DNA of 64,000 nt from Escherichia phage vB_Eco_ZCEC15, in the sequence record PQ871103.1, one strand, 5' to 3'. The notes below the pieces were generated by a model. It had not been told where the DNA came from. It saw nothing but the letters and a program-made list of their open reading frames with translations, and made no database searches. The translations under genes and the position numbers were made by a program. Shown here piece by piece: positions 1 through 16,422 of the stretch; position 1 is the stretch's first letter, and every line of letters starts with the position of its first letter.

Positions 1-1607
<1,607 letters not shown>

Positions 1608-1648
1608 TAAATATTATAAACTAATTAAAGCCCAGATTAGGAGAAATC

Positions 1649-4789
<3,141 letters not shown>

Positions 4790-4817
4790 TATTAAAGCAT
4801 ATTAAAGAGGATTAAAA

Positions 4818-6797
4818 ATGACTTTATTATCTCCGGGCATTGAGCTCAAAGAAACTACGGTTCAAAGCACCGTGGTTAATAACTCTACTGGTACAGCAGC
4901 TTTGGCCGGTAAATTCCAGTGGGGTCCTGCTTTTCAGATTAAACAGGTTACAAACGAAGTAGATTTAGTTAATACTTTTGGTCAACCTACAGCTGAAACT
5001 GCTGACTATTTTATGTCTGCAATGAATTTCTTACAATATGGAAATGATTTGCGAGTTGTGCGCGCTGTCGATAGAGATACCGCTAAAAACTCATCTCCGA
5101 TTGCTGGTAATATTGAATACACAATTTCTACCCCAGGTAGTAACTACGCGGTTGGAGATAAAATCACGGTCAAATATGTTTCAGAAGATGTTGAAACAGA
5201 AGGTAAAATTACCGAAGTAGATGCTGATGGAAAAATTAAGAAAATTAATATTCCTACTGCAAAAATTATTGCTAAAGCTAAAGAAGTTGGCGAATACCCA
5301 ACATTAGGTTCTAACTGGACTGCAGAAATTTCTTCGTCTTCCTCTGGTTTAGCTGCAGTAATAACTCTTGGAAAAATTATTACTGATTCTGGTATTTTAT
5401 TAGCTGAAATTGAAAATGCTGAAGCTGCTATGACAGCTGTTGACTTTCAAGCAAGTCTCGAAAAATATGGAATTCCAGGAGTAGTAGCTCTTTATCCAGG
5501 TGAGTTGGGCGATAAAATTGAAATTGAAATCGTATCTAAAGCTGACTACGCAAAAGGGGCTTCTGCATTACTCCCAATTTATCCAGGTGGCGGAACACGC
5601 GCATCTACTGCCAAAGCAGTGTTTGGATATGGACCACAAACTGACTCGCAATACGCTATTATAGTTCGTCGCAATGATGCTATTGTTCAAAGCGTTGTTC
5701 TTTCAACGAAGCGTGGTGAAAAAGATATTTACGATAGTAACATCTATATTGATGACTTTTTCGCAAAAGGCGGTTCAGAATATATTTTTGCAACTGCACA
5801 AAACTGGCCAGAAGGCTTCTCTGGAATTTTAACTCTGTCTGGTGGATTATCATCAAATGCTGAAGTAACAGCAGGAGATTTGATGGAAGCTTGGGACTTC
5901 TTTGCTGACCGCGAATCTGTTGACGTTCAGTTGTTTATTGCGGGTTCTTGTGCCGGTGAATCTTTAGAAACAGCATCTACTGTCCAAAAACACGTCGTTT
6001 CAATTGGAGATGCTCGCCAAGATTGCTTAGTATTGTGCTCACCACCGCGTGAAACTGTTGTTGGAATTCCTGTAACTCGTGCTGTTGATAACTTAGTCAA
6101 TTGGAGAACCGCATCAGGTTCATACACTGATAATAACTTTAATATCAGTTCAACCTACGCAGCAATTGATGGTAACTACAAGTATCAGTATGACAAATAT
6201 AATGATGTAAATCGTTGGGTTCCATTAGCAGCTGACATTGCTGGTTTATGCGCGAGAACTGATAACGTTTCTCAGACTTGGATGTCTCCAGCTGGTTATA
6301 ATCGTGGCCAGATTCTTAACGTTATTAAACTTGCTATTGAAACTCGCCAAGCTCAGCGCGACCGTTTATATCAAGAAGCTATCAACCCAGTAACTGGTAC
6401 AGGTGGTGATGGTTACGTATTATATGGTGATAAAACAGCTACTTCTGTTCCTTCTCCATTTGATCGTATTAACGTTCGTCGTCTGTTTAATATGTTGAAA
6501 ACGAATATCGGACGTAGTTCAAAATATCGTTTGTTCGAATTAAACAACGCGTTTACTCGTTCATCATTCCGCACAGAAACTGCCCAGTACTTACAGGGAA
6601 TTAAAGCTCTCGGTGGAATTTATGAATATCGTGTAGTTTGCGATACAACAAATAATACTCCGTCAGTAATTGATAGAAATGAGTTTGTTGCAACATTCTA
6701 CATCCAACCGGCGCGCAGTATAAATTATATTACTTTGAATTTCGTCGCAACTGCTACTGGTGCAGACTTCGATGAGTTAACTGGTCTTGCAGGTTAA
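4818..6797 (+). CDS. 18: Tail sheath protein gp18
   Basis: 659 aa, same length as T4 gp18; position. Confidence 0.95.
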   Translation: MTLLSPGIELKETTVQSTVVNNSTGTAALAGKFQWGPAFQIKQVTNEVDLVNTFGQPTAETADYFMSAMNFLQYGNDLRVVRAVDRDTAKNSSPIAGNIEYTISTPGSNYAVGDKITVKYVSEDVETEGKITEVDADGKIKKINIPTAKIIAKAKEVGEYPTLGSNWTAEISSSSSGLAAVITLGKIITDSGILLAEIENAEAAMTAVDFQASLEKYGIPGVVALYPGELGDKIEIEIVSKADYAKGASALLPIYPGGGTRASTAKAVFGYGPQTDSQYAIIVRRNDAIVQSVVLSTKRGEKDIYDSNIYIDDFFAKGGSEYIFATAQNWPEGFSGILTLSGGLSSNAEVTAGDLMEAWDFFADRESVDVQLFIAGSCAGESLETASTVQKHVVSIGDARQDCLVLCSPPRETVVGIPVTRAVDNLVNWRTASGSYTDNNFNISSTYAAIDGNYKYQYDKYNDVNRWVPLAADIAGLCARTDNVSQTWMSPAGYNRGQILNVIKLAIETRQAQRDRLYQEAINPVTGTGGDGYVLYGDKTATSVPSPFDRINVRRLFNMLKTNIGRSSKYRLFELNNAFTRSSFRTETAQYLQGIKALGGIYEYRVVCDTTNNTPSVIDRNEFVATFYIQPARSINYITLNFVATATGADFDELTGLAG

Positions 6798-7454
6798 TTG
6801 ATTATGGGGCTTCGGCCCCTATTCTCGAGGAAACAAGTGATTATTTCTAAGTTTGTTAAAGTGAAAATTGTACCATCAAATTTTAAACATTATCAATCAA
6901 AGGGTTATAAATTAACACCTCTTGGAGCGGTTAAACATGGATTTAGGTATTATGAAATTGATGTTAAAGTTGAAGACATTAAAGGTAGTACCGCGTATGT
7001 AAAATGCCGTTGCGATAAATGTGGAATTGAATATAACCAACGCATTGGAAGAAACACTGATATTTGTCGTGATTGCCGTCATAAAGATAAAATGCGCAAT
7101 AATTCATATGGTTCCGCGAATAAAGGAAAAACAGTAGAATGTATGCATGGCGTAAATCATCCAAGATGGAACCCAAATAAATCTGAAATGCGTGAATATA
7201 TTTCATTGGTATATAAAGAAACTCGTAAGCATAAGAAAATTTGGTCAAAATGGCCAAATGCTGATAAAATAGGAGTGTGCGGTACAAAAGGTGCTTACCA
7301 ACTTGATCATAAGGTATCTATCAAATACGGTTTTGATAATTTAATTCCTGCTGAAATAATTGGCGGTATTAATAATTTAGAAATAATCACTTGGGAATCT
7401 AACCGAGAAAAATCAAAAAGAAATAGTGTAGATCTTTGGGATTTACTAGAATGA
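6798..7454 (+). CDS. Zinc-finger/HNH-family endonuclease (free-standing homing-endonuclease-like); true start may be GTG at 6837 after GAGG
   Basis: Cys cluster CRCDKCG...CRDCRH followed by HNH-like core QLDHKVSIKYG...NNLEIITWESNREKS; ORF start as listed is TTG inside the gp18 terminator hairpin. Confidence 0.65.
   Translation: MIMGLRPLFSRKQVIISKFVKVKIVPSNFKHYQSKGYKLTPLGAVKHGFRYYEIDVKVEDIKGSTAYVKCRCDKCGIEYNQRIGRNTDICRDCRHKDKMRNNSYGSANKGKTVECMHGVNHPRWNPNKSEMREYISLVYKETRKHKKIWSKWPNADKIGVCGTKGAYQLDHKVSIKYGFDNLIPAEIIGGINNLEIITWESNREKSKRNSVDLWDLLE
6806..6819 (+). terminator. GC hairpin GGGGCTTCGGCCCC after gene 18
   Basis: Perfect 5-bp GC stem with TTCG loop 9 nt after gp18 stop. Confidence 0.5.
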
Positions 7455-7460
7455 TTCTAA

Positions 7461-7479
7461 AGGCCTGTTTCGGCAGGCC
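7461..7479 (+). terminator. Hairpin AGGCCTG-TTTCGG-CAGGCC after HNH ORF
   Basis: Inverted repeat directly after ORF stop. Confidence 0.45.
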
Positions 7480-7480
7480 A

Positions 7481-7488
7481 TATAAATA
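7481..7488 (+). promoter_or_regulatory. Late promoter box TATAAATA (distal, gene 19)
   Basis: Exact TATAAATA in intergenic region. Confidence 0.5.
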
Positions 7489-7539
7489 CACTATATCCTT
7501 AATTCTTTAATTCTATATGCCCTAGGTTAAACATAGGGA

Positions 7540-7547
7540 TATAAATA
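7540..7547 (+). promoter_or_regulatory. Late promoter box TATAAATA (proximal, gene 19)
   Basis: Exact TATAAATA 15 nt upstream of gp19 ATG. Confidence 0.6.
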
Positions 7548-7561
7548 CTACAGAGGCTAAT

Positions 7562-8053
7562 ATGTTTGTAGATGATGTAACACGCGCGTTTGAATCGGGT
7601 GATTTTGCGCGACCTAACTTATTCCAAGTAGAAATTTCTTATCTTGGACAAAATTTTACGTTTCAATGTAAAGCCACTGCTTTACCAGCTGGTATTGTAG
7701 AAAAAATCCCAGTCGGATTTATGAACCGTAAAATTAACGTAGCAGGCGATCGTACATTCGATGACTGGACTGTTACAGTAATGAACGATGAAGCTCATGA
7801 TGCTCGCCAGAAGTTCGTTGATTGGCAAAGCATTGCTGCGGGGCAAGGAAACGAAATTACTGGTGGAAAACCTGCAGAGTATAAAAAGAGCGCTATCGTT
7901 CGTCAATATGCTCGTGATGCTAAAACAGTAACAAAAGAAATTGAAATTAAAGGTCTGTGGCCTACTAACGTGGGTGAACTTCAATTAGATTGGGATTCAA
8001 ACAATGAAATCCAAACATTTGAAGTAACTCTCGCTCTCGATTATTGGGAATAA
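7562..8053 (+). CDS. 19: Tail tube protein gp19
   Basis: 163 aa as T4 gp19; follows sheath gene. Confidence 0.95.
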   Translation: MFVDDVTRAFESGDFARPNLFQVEISYLGQNFTFQCKATALPAGIVEKIPVGFMNRKINVAGDRTFDDWTVTVMNDEAHDARQKFVDWQSIAAGQGNEITGGKPAEYKKSAIVRQYARDAKTVTKEIEIKGLWPTNVGELQLDWDSNNEIQTFEVTLALDYWE

Positions 8054-8060
8054 AATGAAT

Positions 8061-8074
8061 GGGGAGAAATCCCC
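8061..8074 (+). terminator. Hairpin GGGGAGAAATCCCC after gene 19
   Basis: GC stem-loop 8 nt after stop. Confidence 0.45.
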
Positions 8075-8085
8075 ATCCTGCTTAA

Positions 8086-9710
<1,625 letters not shown>

Positions 9711-9711
<1 letters not shown>

Positions 9712-9950
9712 TGGAAGGTTTAATTGAAGCTATTAAATCAAACGACCTCGTAGCCGCTCGTAAATTATTTGCTGAAGCCATGGCTGCAAGAACGACTGAT
9801 TTAATTAAAGAAGAAAAAATCGCTATCGCTCGTAATTTCTTAATCGAAGGTGAAGAACCTGATGACGAGGATGATGACGAAGACGAAGATAGTGATGATA
9901 AAGACGACAAAAAAGACAAAGACTCTGACGAAGACGAGGATGATGAATAA
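9711..9950 (+). CDS. 67: Prohead core protein gp67 (acidic C-terminus)
   Basis: 79 aa with poly-Asp/Glu tail; position between 20 and 68. Confidence 0.8.
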
Positions 9951-10375
9951 TGCTTCTGATCCCTGAAACTCATGAATTAGTTCTCGAGAATGTCGAAGCA
10001 CTTATTCCTGAAGCACAGGGTCGCTTTGACGAATTGTCTTCTGCTTTAAATAAAGACGATATAAATACAATTGTCGAGAATATGCTTGATGATGAAACTG
10101 ATTTAGCGGTTGCATTAGCTTCTATTAATGAAAATATGCCGTTAAATGAATTTATCGTTAAACATGTTTCTGCCCGTGGTGAAATTACTCGCACTAAAGA
10201 TCGCAAAACCCGCGAACGTAATGCATTTCAAACTACCGGGTTGTCTAAAGCAAAACGTAGACAAATTGCTCGTAAAGCTACCAAAACGAAGATTGCCAAT
10301 CCAGCAGGTCAATCTCGTGCTCAGCGTAAGCGTAAAAAAGCTCTTAAACGCCGTAAAGCATTAGGATTAAGCTAA
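9950..10375 (+). CDS. 68: Prohead core protein gp68
   Basis: 141 aa, basic C-terminus; position. Confidence 0.8.
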
Positions 10376-11013
10376 TGAATGAACCCCAATTACTAATTGA
10401 AACTTGGGGTCAACCTGGCGAAATTATTGATGGCGTACCAATGCTTGAATCTCATGATGGAAAAGACTTAGGTTTAAAACCGGGTTTATACATCGAAGGA
10501 ATATTCATGCAAGCGGAAGTCGTCAATAGAAATAAACGTCTTTATCCAAAACGTATATTAGAAAAAGCGGTAAAAGACTATATTAATGAGCAAGTTTTAA
10601 CTAAACAAGCTCTCGGAGAATTAAATCATCCTCCACGCGCTAATGTTGACCCGATGCAAGCCGCTATCATTATAGAAGATATGTGGTGGAAAGGAAATGA
10701 CGTATACGGACGAGCTCGTGTTATTGAAGGTGACCACGGTCCTGGAGATAAATTAGCAGCTAATATTCGTGCCGGATGGATTCCAGGAGTTTCTTCTCGT
10801 GGATTAGGTTCATTGACTGACACAAATAAAGGTTATCGTATCGTAAACGAAGGATTCAAATTAACTGTAGGTGTTGATGCAGTATGGGGTCCAAGTGCTC
10901 CAGATGCATGGGTAACTCCTAAGGAAATTACCGAATCACAGACGGCGGAAGCCGATACAAGTGCCGATGACGCCTATATGGCTCTCGCAGAGGCCATGAA
11001 AAAAGCGTTATAA
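10375..11013 (+). CDS. 21: Prohead core scaffold protease gp21
   Basis: 212 aa; position before scaffold gp22. Confidence 0.9.
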   Translation: MNEPQLLIETWGQPGEIIDGVPMLESHDGKDLGLKPGLYIEGIFMQAEVVNRNKRLYPKRILEKAVKDYINEQVLTKQALGELNHPPRANVDPMQAAIIIEDMWWKGNDVYGRARVIEGDHGPGDKLAANIRAGWIPGVSSRGLGSLTDTNKGYRIVNEGFKLTVGVDAVWGPSAPDAWVTPKEITESQTAEADTSADDAYMALAEAMKKAL

Positions 11014-11043
11014 ATATTATTATCTAAACAACAGGACTACAAA

Positions 11044-11853
11044 ATGCTTAAAGAACAACTGATTGCTGAAGCGCAAAAAATTGATGCTTCCGTTGCTCTT
11101 GATAGTATTTTCGAATCAGTTAATATTTCTCCGGAAGCAAAAGAAACTTTCGGCGCTGTATTCGAAGCTACCGTCAAGCAGCACGCCGTTAAATTAGCTG
11201 AATCTCATATCGCTAAAATTGCTGAAAAAGCAGAAGAAGAAGTAGAAAAAAATAAAGAAGAAGCCGAAGAAAAAGCTGAGAAGAAAATCGCTGAGCAAGC
11301 TTCTAAATTCATCGACCATCTTGCGAAAGAATGGCTCGCTGAAAATAAATTAGCAGTTGATAAAGGCATCAAAGCCGAACTGTTTGAATCCATGCTTGGT
11401 GGATTAAAAGAGCTCTTTGTTGAACACAACGTTGTTGTTCCAGAAGAATCAGTTGATGTTGTAGCTGAAATGGAAGAAGAGCTGCAAGAACATAAAGAAG
11501 AATCAGCTCGTCTGTTCGAAGAACTCAATAAGCGTGACGCATATATCAATTATGTGCAGCGTGAAGTGGCATTGAGCGAAAGTACTAAAGATCTGACTGA
11601 GTCTCAAAAAGAAAAAGTCTCTGCTCTGGTCGAAGGTATGGATTATTCAGATGCATTCTCAAGTAAATTGAGTGCCATCGTAGAAATGGTGAAGAAGTCT
11701 AATAAAGATGAAAGCACTATTACTGAGGGTATAAATACTCCTGATACTGAAGCAGCCGGACTGAATTTCGTCACTGAAGCTGTAGAAGATAAAACTGCAC
11801 CTGGTGCAGAAGATATTGTAAGTGTATATGCGAAAGTCGCATCTCGTTTCTAA
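11044..11853 (+). CDS. 22: Prohead core scaffolding protein gp22
   Basis: 269 aa, highly charged coiled-coil-like sequence; position. Confidence 0.9.
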   Translation: MLKEQLIAEAQKIDASVALDSIFESVNISPEAKETFGAVFEATVKQHAVKLAESHIAKIAEKAEEEVEKNKEEAEEKAEKKIAEQASKFIDHLAKEWLAENKLAVDKGIKAELFESMLGGLKELFVEHNVVVPEESVDVVAEMEEELQEHKEESARLFEELNKRDAYINYVQREVALSESTKDLTESQKEKVSALVEGMDYSDAFSSKLSAIVEMVKKSNKDESTITEGINTPDTEAAGLNFVTEAVEDKTAPGAEDIVSVYAKVASRF

Positions 11854-11871
11854 TTTTAAAGGTTAACACAA

Positions 11872-13437
11872 ATGACTATCAAAACTAAAGCTGAACTTTT
11901 GAACAAATGGAAGCCATTACTGGAAGGTGAAGGTTTACCGGAAATTGCTAATAGCAAACAAGCGATTATCGCTAAAATCTTTGAAAACCAGGAAAAAGAT
12001 TTCCAGACAGCTCCAGAATACAAAGACGAAAAAATCGCTCAGGCGTTCGGTTCTTTCTTAACAGAAGCTGAAATCGGTGGTGACCACGGTTACAACGCTA
12101 CTAACATCGCTGCTGGTCAGACTTCTGGCGCAGTAACTCAGATTGGCCCAGCTGTTATGGGTATGGTACGTCGTGCTATTCCTAACCTGATTGCTTTCGA
12201 TATTTGCGGTGTTCAGCCGATGAATAGCCCGACTGGCCAGGTATTCGCACTGCGTGCAGTATATGGTAAAGACCCAATCGCTGCTGATGCTAAAGAAGCA
12301 TTCCACCCAATGTATGGTCCAGATGCAATGTTCTCTGGTCAGGGTGCTGCTAAGAAATTCACTGCTTTAACTGCTGGCGCTACTACTGTCAAAGGTGACA
12401 TCTATACTTATTTCTTCCAGGAAACTGGTACTGTATATCTGCAGGCTTCCTCTGCAGTAAAAATTAGTTCAAGTGCTGTTGATGCAGCTAAATTAGATGC
12501 TGAAATTAAGAAACAAATGGAAGCTGGTGTACTGGTAGAAATCGCTGAAGGTATGGCTACTTCTATCGCTGAACTTCAGGAAGGTTTCAACGGTTCTACC
12601 GATAACCCATGGAATGAAATGGGCTTCCGTATCGATAAACAAGTTATCGAAGCTAAATCTCGTCAGCTGAAAGCTGCTTACTCTATCGAATTAGCACAAG
12701 ACCTCCGCGCTGTTCACGGTATGGATGCTGATGCTGAACTGTCTGGTATTCTGGCTACCGAAATCATGCTGGAAATCAACCGCGAAGTTGTTGATTGGAT
12801 TAACTACTCAGCTCAGGTTGGTAAATCTGGTATGACCCTGACTCCGGGTTCTAAAGCTGGTGTATTTGACTTCCAGGATCCGATTGATATTCGTGGTGCT
12901 CGCTGGGCGGGTGAATCCTTTAAAGCTCTGTTGTTCCAGATTGACAAAGAAGCAGTTGAAATTGCTCGTCAGACCGGTCGTGGTGAAGGTAACTTCATTA
13001 TCGCTTCCCGTAACGTAGTTAACGTTCTGGCTTCAGTTGATACTGGCATTTCTTATGCTGCACAGGGTCTGGCTACCGGCTTTAACACTGATACTACCAA
13101 GTCAGTATTTGCTGGTGTTCTGGGTGGTAAATACCGTGTATATATCGACCAGTATGCTAAACAGGATTATTTCACTGTAGGTTATAAAGGTCCGAACGAA
13201 ATGGATGCTGGTATTTACTACGCTCCATATGTAGCTCTGACTCCGCTGCGTGGTTCCGATCCGAAGAACTTCCAACCGGTAATGGGATTCAAAACTCGTT
13301 ACGGTATCGGTATCAACCCATTTGCAGAATCCGCTGCTCAGGCTCCGGCTTCTCGCATCCAGAGCGGTATGCCTTCTATTCTGAATAGCCTTGGTAAAAA
13401 TGCTTACTTCCGCCGTGTATATGTTAAAGGTATCTAA
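11872..13437 (+). CDS. 23: Major capsid protein gp23
   Basis: 521 aa; strongly biased codon usage (CTG/GGT/CGT/CCG) typical of very highly expressed gene. Confidence 0.97.
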   Translation: MTIKTKAELLNKWKPLLEGEGLPEIANSKQAIIAKIFENQEKDFQTAPEYKDEKIAQAFGSFLTEAEIGGDHGYNATNIAAGQTSGAVTQIGPAVMGMVRRAIPNLIAFDICGVQPMNSPTGQVFALRAVYGKDPIAADAKEAFHPMYGPDAMFSGQGAAKKFTALTAGATTVKGDIYTYFFQETGTVYLQASSAVKISSSAVDAAKLDAEIKKQMEAGVLVEIAEGMATSIAELQEGFNGSTDNPWNEMGFRIDKQVIEAKSRQLKAAYSIELAQDLRAVHGMDADAELSGILATEIMLEINREVVDWINYSAQVGKSGMTLTPGSKAGVFDFQDPIDIRGARWAGESFKALLFQIDKEAVEIARQTGRGEGNFIIASRNVVNVLASVDTGISYAAQGLATGFNTDTTKSVFAGVLGGKYRVYIDQYAKQDYFTVGYKGPNEMDAGIYYAPYVALTPLRGSDPKNFQPVMGFKTRYGIGINPFAESAAQAPASRIQSGMPSILNSLGKNAYFRRVYVKGI

Positions 13438-13451
13438 TCTTTGACGATTTA

Positions 13452-13469
13452 AGGGACCTTCGGGTCCCT
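13452..13469 (+). terminator. Terminator hairpin AGGGACCTTCGGGTCCCT plus T-run after gene 23
   Basis: Perfect GC stem, followed by TTAGTTGTTTTT. Confidence 0.7.
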
Positions 13470-13485
13470 TTAGTTGTTTTTATGG

Positions 13486-13493
13486 TATAAATA
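13486..13493 (+). promoter_or_regulatory. Late promoter box TATAAATA upstream of gene 24
   Basis: Exact motif 28 nt upstream of ATG. Confidence 0.6.
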
Positions 13494-13520
13494 AATCATA
13501 TAAACCAAAAGGAAAGCGCA

Positions 13521-14804
13521 ATGGCTAAAATCAACGAACTTCTGCGCGAATCAACCACAACGAATAGCAACTCAATCGGTCGCCCAAATCTCGTTGCTTT
13601 GACTCGCGCTACCACTAAATTAATATATTCTGACATTGTAGCAACGCAAAGAACTAATCAACCTGTTGCTGCTTTTTATGGTATCAAATACCTTAACCCG
13701 GATAACGAATTTACATTTAAAACTGGTGCTACTTATGCTGGCGAAGCTGGGTATGTAGACCGAGAACAAATCACAGAATTAACAGAAGAGTCTAAATTAA
13801 CTCTCAATAAAGGCGATTTATTCAAATATAATAATATCGTTTATAAAGTATTAGAAGATACACCATTTGCTGATATTGAAGAAAGCGATTTAGAATTAGC
13901 TCTTCAGATTGCAATTGTTCTTTTAAAGGTTCGTCTATTTTCTGATGCTGCAGTAACAAGCAAATTTGAAAGCTCTGATAGTGAAATTGCGGATGCTAGA
14001 TTCCAGATTAATAAATGGCAAACCGCAGTTAAATCTCGTAAACTTAAAACTGGCATCACAGTCGAATTAGCACAAGATTTAGAAGCAAATGGATTCGATG
14101 CTCCTAATTTCTTGGAAGATTTGCTTGCAACTGAAATGGCGGATGAAATCAATAAAGATATTCTACAGTCTTTGATTACAGTATCAAAACGCTATAAAGT
14201 TACAGGAATTACTGATACTGGATTCATTGATTTGAGTTATGCATCTGCACCTGAAGCTGGTCGTTCATTATACCGAATGGTGTGTGAAATGGTTTCACAT
14301 ATCCAGAAAGAATCAACTTATACAGCAACGTTCTGTGTTGCTTCAGCTCGTGCCGCTGCGATTCTTGCTGCATCAGGTTGGTTAAAACATAAACCAGAAG
14401 ATGACAAATATCTTTCACAAAATGCCTACGGGTTCTTAGCTAATGGTTTACCGCTTTATTGCGATACCAACAGTCCATTAGATTATGTAATCGTTGGCGT
14501 AGTAGAAAATATTGGTGAAAAAGAAATTGTTGGATCAATTTTCTATGCTCCGTATACAGAAGGTCTTGACTTAGATGACCCTGAACATGTAGGTGCATTT
14601 AAAGTTGTAGTTGATCCAGAAAGTTTGCAGCCATCTATCGGTTTATTAGTTAGATATGCTTTATCTGCAAATCCTTACACTGTAGCAAAAGATGAAAAAG
14701 AAGCAAGAGTAATTGATGGTGGAGATATGGATAAAATGGCGGGTCGTTCAGATTTGTCTGTTTTATTAGGTGTTAAGCTACCAAAAATTATCATTGATGA
14801 ATAA
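13521..14804 (+). CDS. 24: Capsid vertex protein gp24 (gp23 paralogue)
   Basis: 427 aa; position after gp23. Confidence 0.95.
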   Translation: MAKINELLRESTTTNSNSIGRPNLVALTRATTKLIYSDIVATQRTNQPVAAFYGIKYLNPDNEFTFKTGATYAGEAGYVDREQITELTEESKLTLNKGDLFKYNNIVYKVLEDTPFADIEESDLELALQIAIVLLKVRLFSDAAVTSKFESSDSEIADARFQINKWQTAVKSRKLKTGITVELAQDLEANGFDAPNFLEDLLATEMADEINKDILQSLITVSKRYKVTGITDTGFIDLSYASAPEAGRSLYRMVCEMVSHIQKESTYTATFCVASARAAAILAASGWLKHKPEDDKYLSQNAYGFLANGLPLYCDTNSPLDYVIVGVVENIGEKEIVGSIFYAPYTEGLDLDDPEHVGAFKVVVDPESLQPSIGLLVRYALSANPYTVAKDEKEARVIDGGDMDKMAGRSDLSVLLGVKLPKIIIDE

Positions 14805-14810
14805 AACAAA

Positions 14811-14826
14811 GGGACCGAAAGGTCCC
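14811..14826. terminator. Bidirectional terminator GGGACCGAAAGGTCCC flanked by A-run and T-run
   Basis: Between convergent genes 24 (+) and rnlB (-). Confidence 0.7.
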
Positions 14827-14833
14827 TTTTTAT

Positions 14834-15838
14834 TTAACTTACCAATTCAATCCAAGCCGGACGAAGTACATCTTGTACCATTTTAACTAATTCCTTCTTA
14901 ATCAAAGAAGGATTATCCGCTTGAGTTAGAGTAATACCTTCACGAGAAGTTTCTTCCAAAATATCTTGAACAGTTAGCCCCATCACCTTTCCAAAATCTT
15001 TTGGACCAATTTCACCAATTTTAGAAATAACGTTATTTACTCGGTTCAGTGTAACGTAACAAGCTAAAATTCCAACCAATTTGTTATCAGCTTCTGACAG
15101 TTCAACTTTAGCTTTAATAGGCTTATCAGACTTTTTCTTTTCACTAAATTTAGAGTTCTTGCATTTGATAGCTACGCGATTGCCATTAGGCATCCAAGAA
15201 GGATAACAAGGTTTCAATACATATCCTTCAGCGGTAAATACTTCGCCTTTTACTTCAGCATTCCAAACGCATTTATTTGCATCAACTAATCCAGCATGGT
15301 CTACCGTAAAATTATAATCCTGGACGACAGAATCTAAATCATTTGGCAATTTAATAAGTTCTTCAAATTTACCGCGACCTAAAAGTGGAGCCATTTTAAA
15401 TTTAAATGTATTACAGAATGATTCCATCATATAATCATCGACATAAGTCACATCACCACTTTCTGTAGTAACAATAATGTCAAATACATAAAAATCTTTA
15501 TCGCCATAATCGACATTCTTCTGAATGCCAGGTCCGGCAAATTCACCGAAGACTTGATAAGATACAACCGCTGAAGTTTCCATAATATCTTGTACTGCTT
15601 TAATGGAATCAGCGTAATTCTTCAAAATAATTTCATACCCAAAGAAATCTTCAGCAGGAAGAATAGGACCAGTTCGTTTAGCACAAGTTACTTTATCACG
15701 CTCAATAATCAATGAGAAATTTGTGCCATGAATCTTTTCACGAGCTACCCATTCGCCACCAGTCAATCCTAAACTATAAAGTTTTTCAATGAATTTAGAA
15801 TTGTAATGATTTTCAAGACTGCTATACTTTTTAAACAT
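14834..15838 (-). CDS. rnlB: RNA ligase 2 (Rnl2)
   Basis: 334 aa; nucleotidyltransferase motif I EKIHGTN (KxHG); position after gene 24. Confidence 0.9.
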   Translation of the reverse strand: MFKKYSSLENHYNSKFIEKLYSLGLTGGEWVAREKIHGTNFSLIIERDKVTCAKRTGPILPAEDFFGYEIILKNYADSIKAVQDIMETSAVVSYQVFGEFAGPGIQKNVDYGDKDFYVFDIIVTTESGDVTYVDDYMMESFCNTFKFKMAPLLGRGKFEELIKLPNDLDSVVQDYNFTVDHAGLVDANKCVWNAEVKGEVFTAEGYVLKPCYPSWMPNGNRVAIKCKNSKFSEKKKSDKPIKAKVELSEADNKLVGILACYVTLNRVNNVISKIGEIGPKDFGKVMGLTVQDILEETSREGITLTQADNPSLIKKELVKMVQDVLRPAWIELVS

Positions 15839-15847
15839 AATTAATCC

Positions 15848-16126
15848 TCAAAATGTAATTTCTAACCAATCACCATCACGCTGATCACTATTGACTTTAA
15901 AGCTAAACCCTTCTTTTCTCAGCCAATCACCAATTTCTTCAGTAATCAATTTATCGCGAGCAGTACAATAATAACTAAAATATGTTTTACCTTGTTCAGC
16001 TGCTTTATTAGCAAGTTCCGAAAAATCTTTAATAAAACACTCTAACTTAAACTGTTTACTTTTAAGTGCTTTTTCACGTAATTGATTAGCAAAAGATTCA
16101 TTTTCATAAAGATCATACTGTTCCAT
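15848..16126 (-). CDS. Hypothetical protein (T4 24.2-like position)
   Basis: 92-aa ORF with AGGTGA RBS; conserved position. Confidence 0.55.
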   Translation of the reverse strand: MEQYDLYENESFANQLREKALKSKQFKLECFIKDFSELANKAAEQGKTYFSYYCTARDKLITEEIGDWLRKEGFSFKVNSDQRDGDWLEITF

Positions 16127-16129
16127 TTT

Positions 16130-16327
16130 TCACCTTTTATTAATATGTCTTTTTCTATAGACAACTTTTTCTCGAGTTTCAAATTTATTCTTAGCAGTCA
16201 TAGCTCGAGCCCATAATACAGCCACTTCTTTCGCCTGTAAGTTTAATTCACGAGCAATTTCAATGAATGACTTTCCAGACTCATGAAGAGTAAACACCAC
16301 AACCTCAGTTCTCATAATCAATCTCAT
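16130..16327 (-). CDS. Hypothetical small protein with possible helix-turn-helix (T4 24.3-like position)
   Basis: 65-aa ORF; segment SGKSFIEIARELNLQAKEV resembles an HTH. Confidence 0.5.
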   Translation of the reverse strand: MRLIMRTEVVVFTLHESGKSFIEIARELNLQAKEVAVLWARAMTAKNKFETREKVVYRKRHINKR

Positions 16328-16396
16328 GTTATCGAGTTGATGCCATTATATACATCATTTTCTGAGTATGTTTTGTGTGCTTTCAAAATGAAGAAA

Positions 16397-16410
16397 GGGG
16401 CCGAAGCCCC
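16397..16410 (-). terminator. Hairpin GGGGCTTCGGCCCC plus T-rich tract downstream of hoc
   Basis: GC stem-loop 13 nt after hoc stop on - strand. Confidence 0.6.
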
Positions 16411-16422
16411 TTATGATTATGA

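Noticed and set aside
11205-12306. - strand ORFs of 114 and 82 aa
   Set aside because: Antisense inside genes 22 and 23, whose + strand frames have strong structural-gene support.
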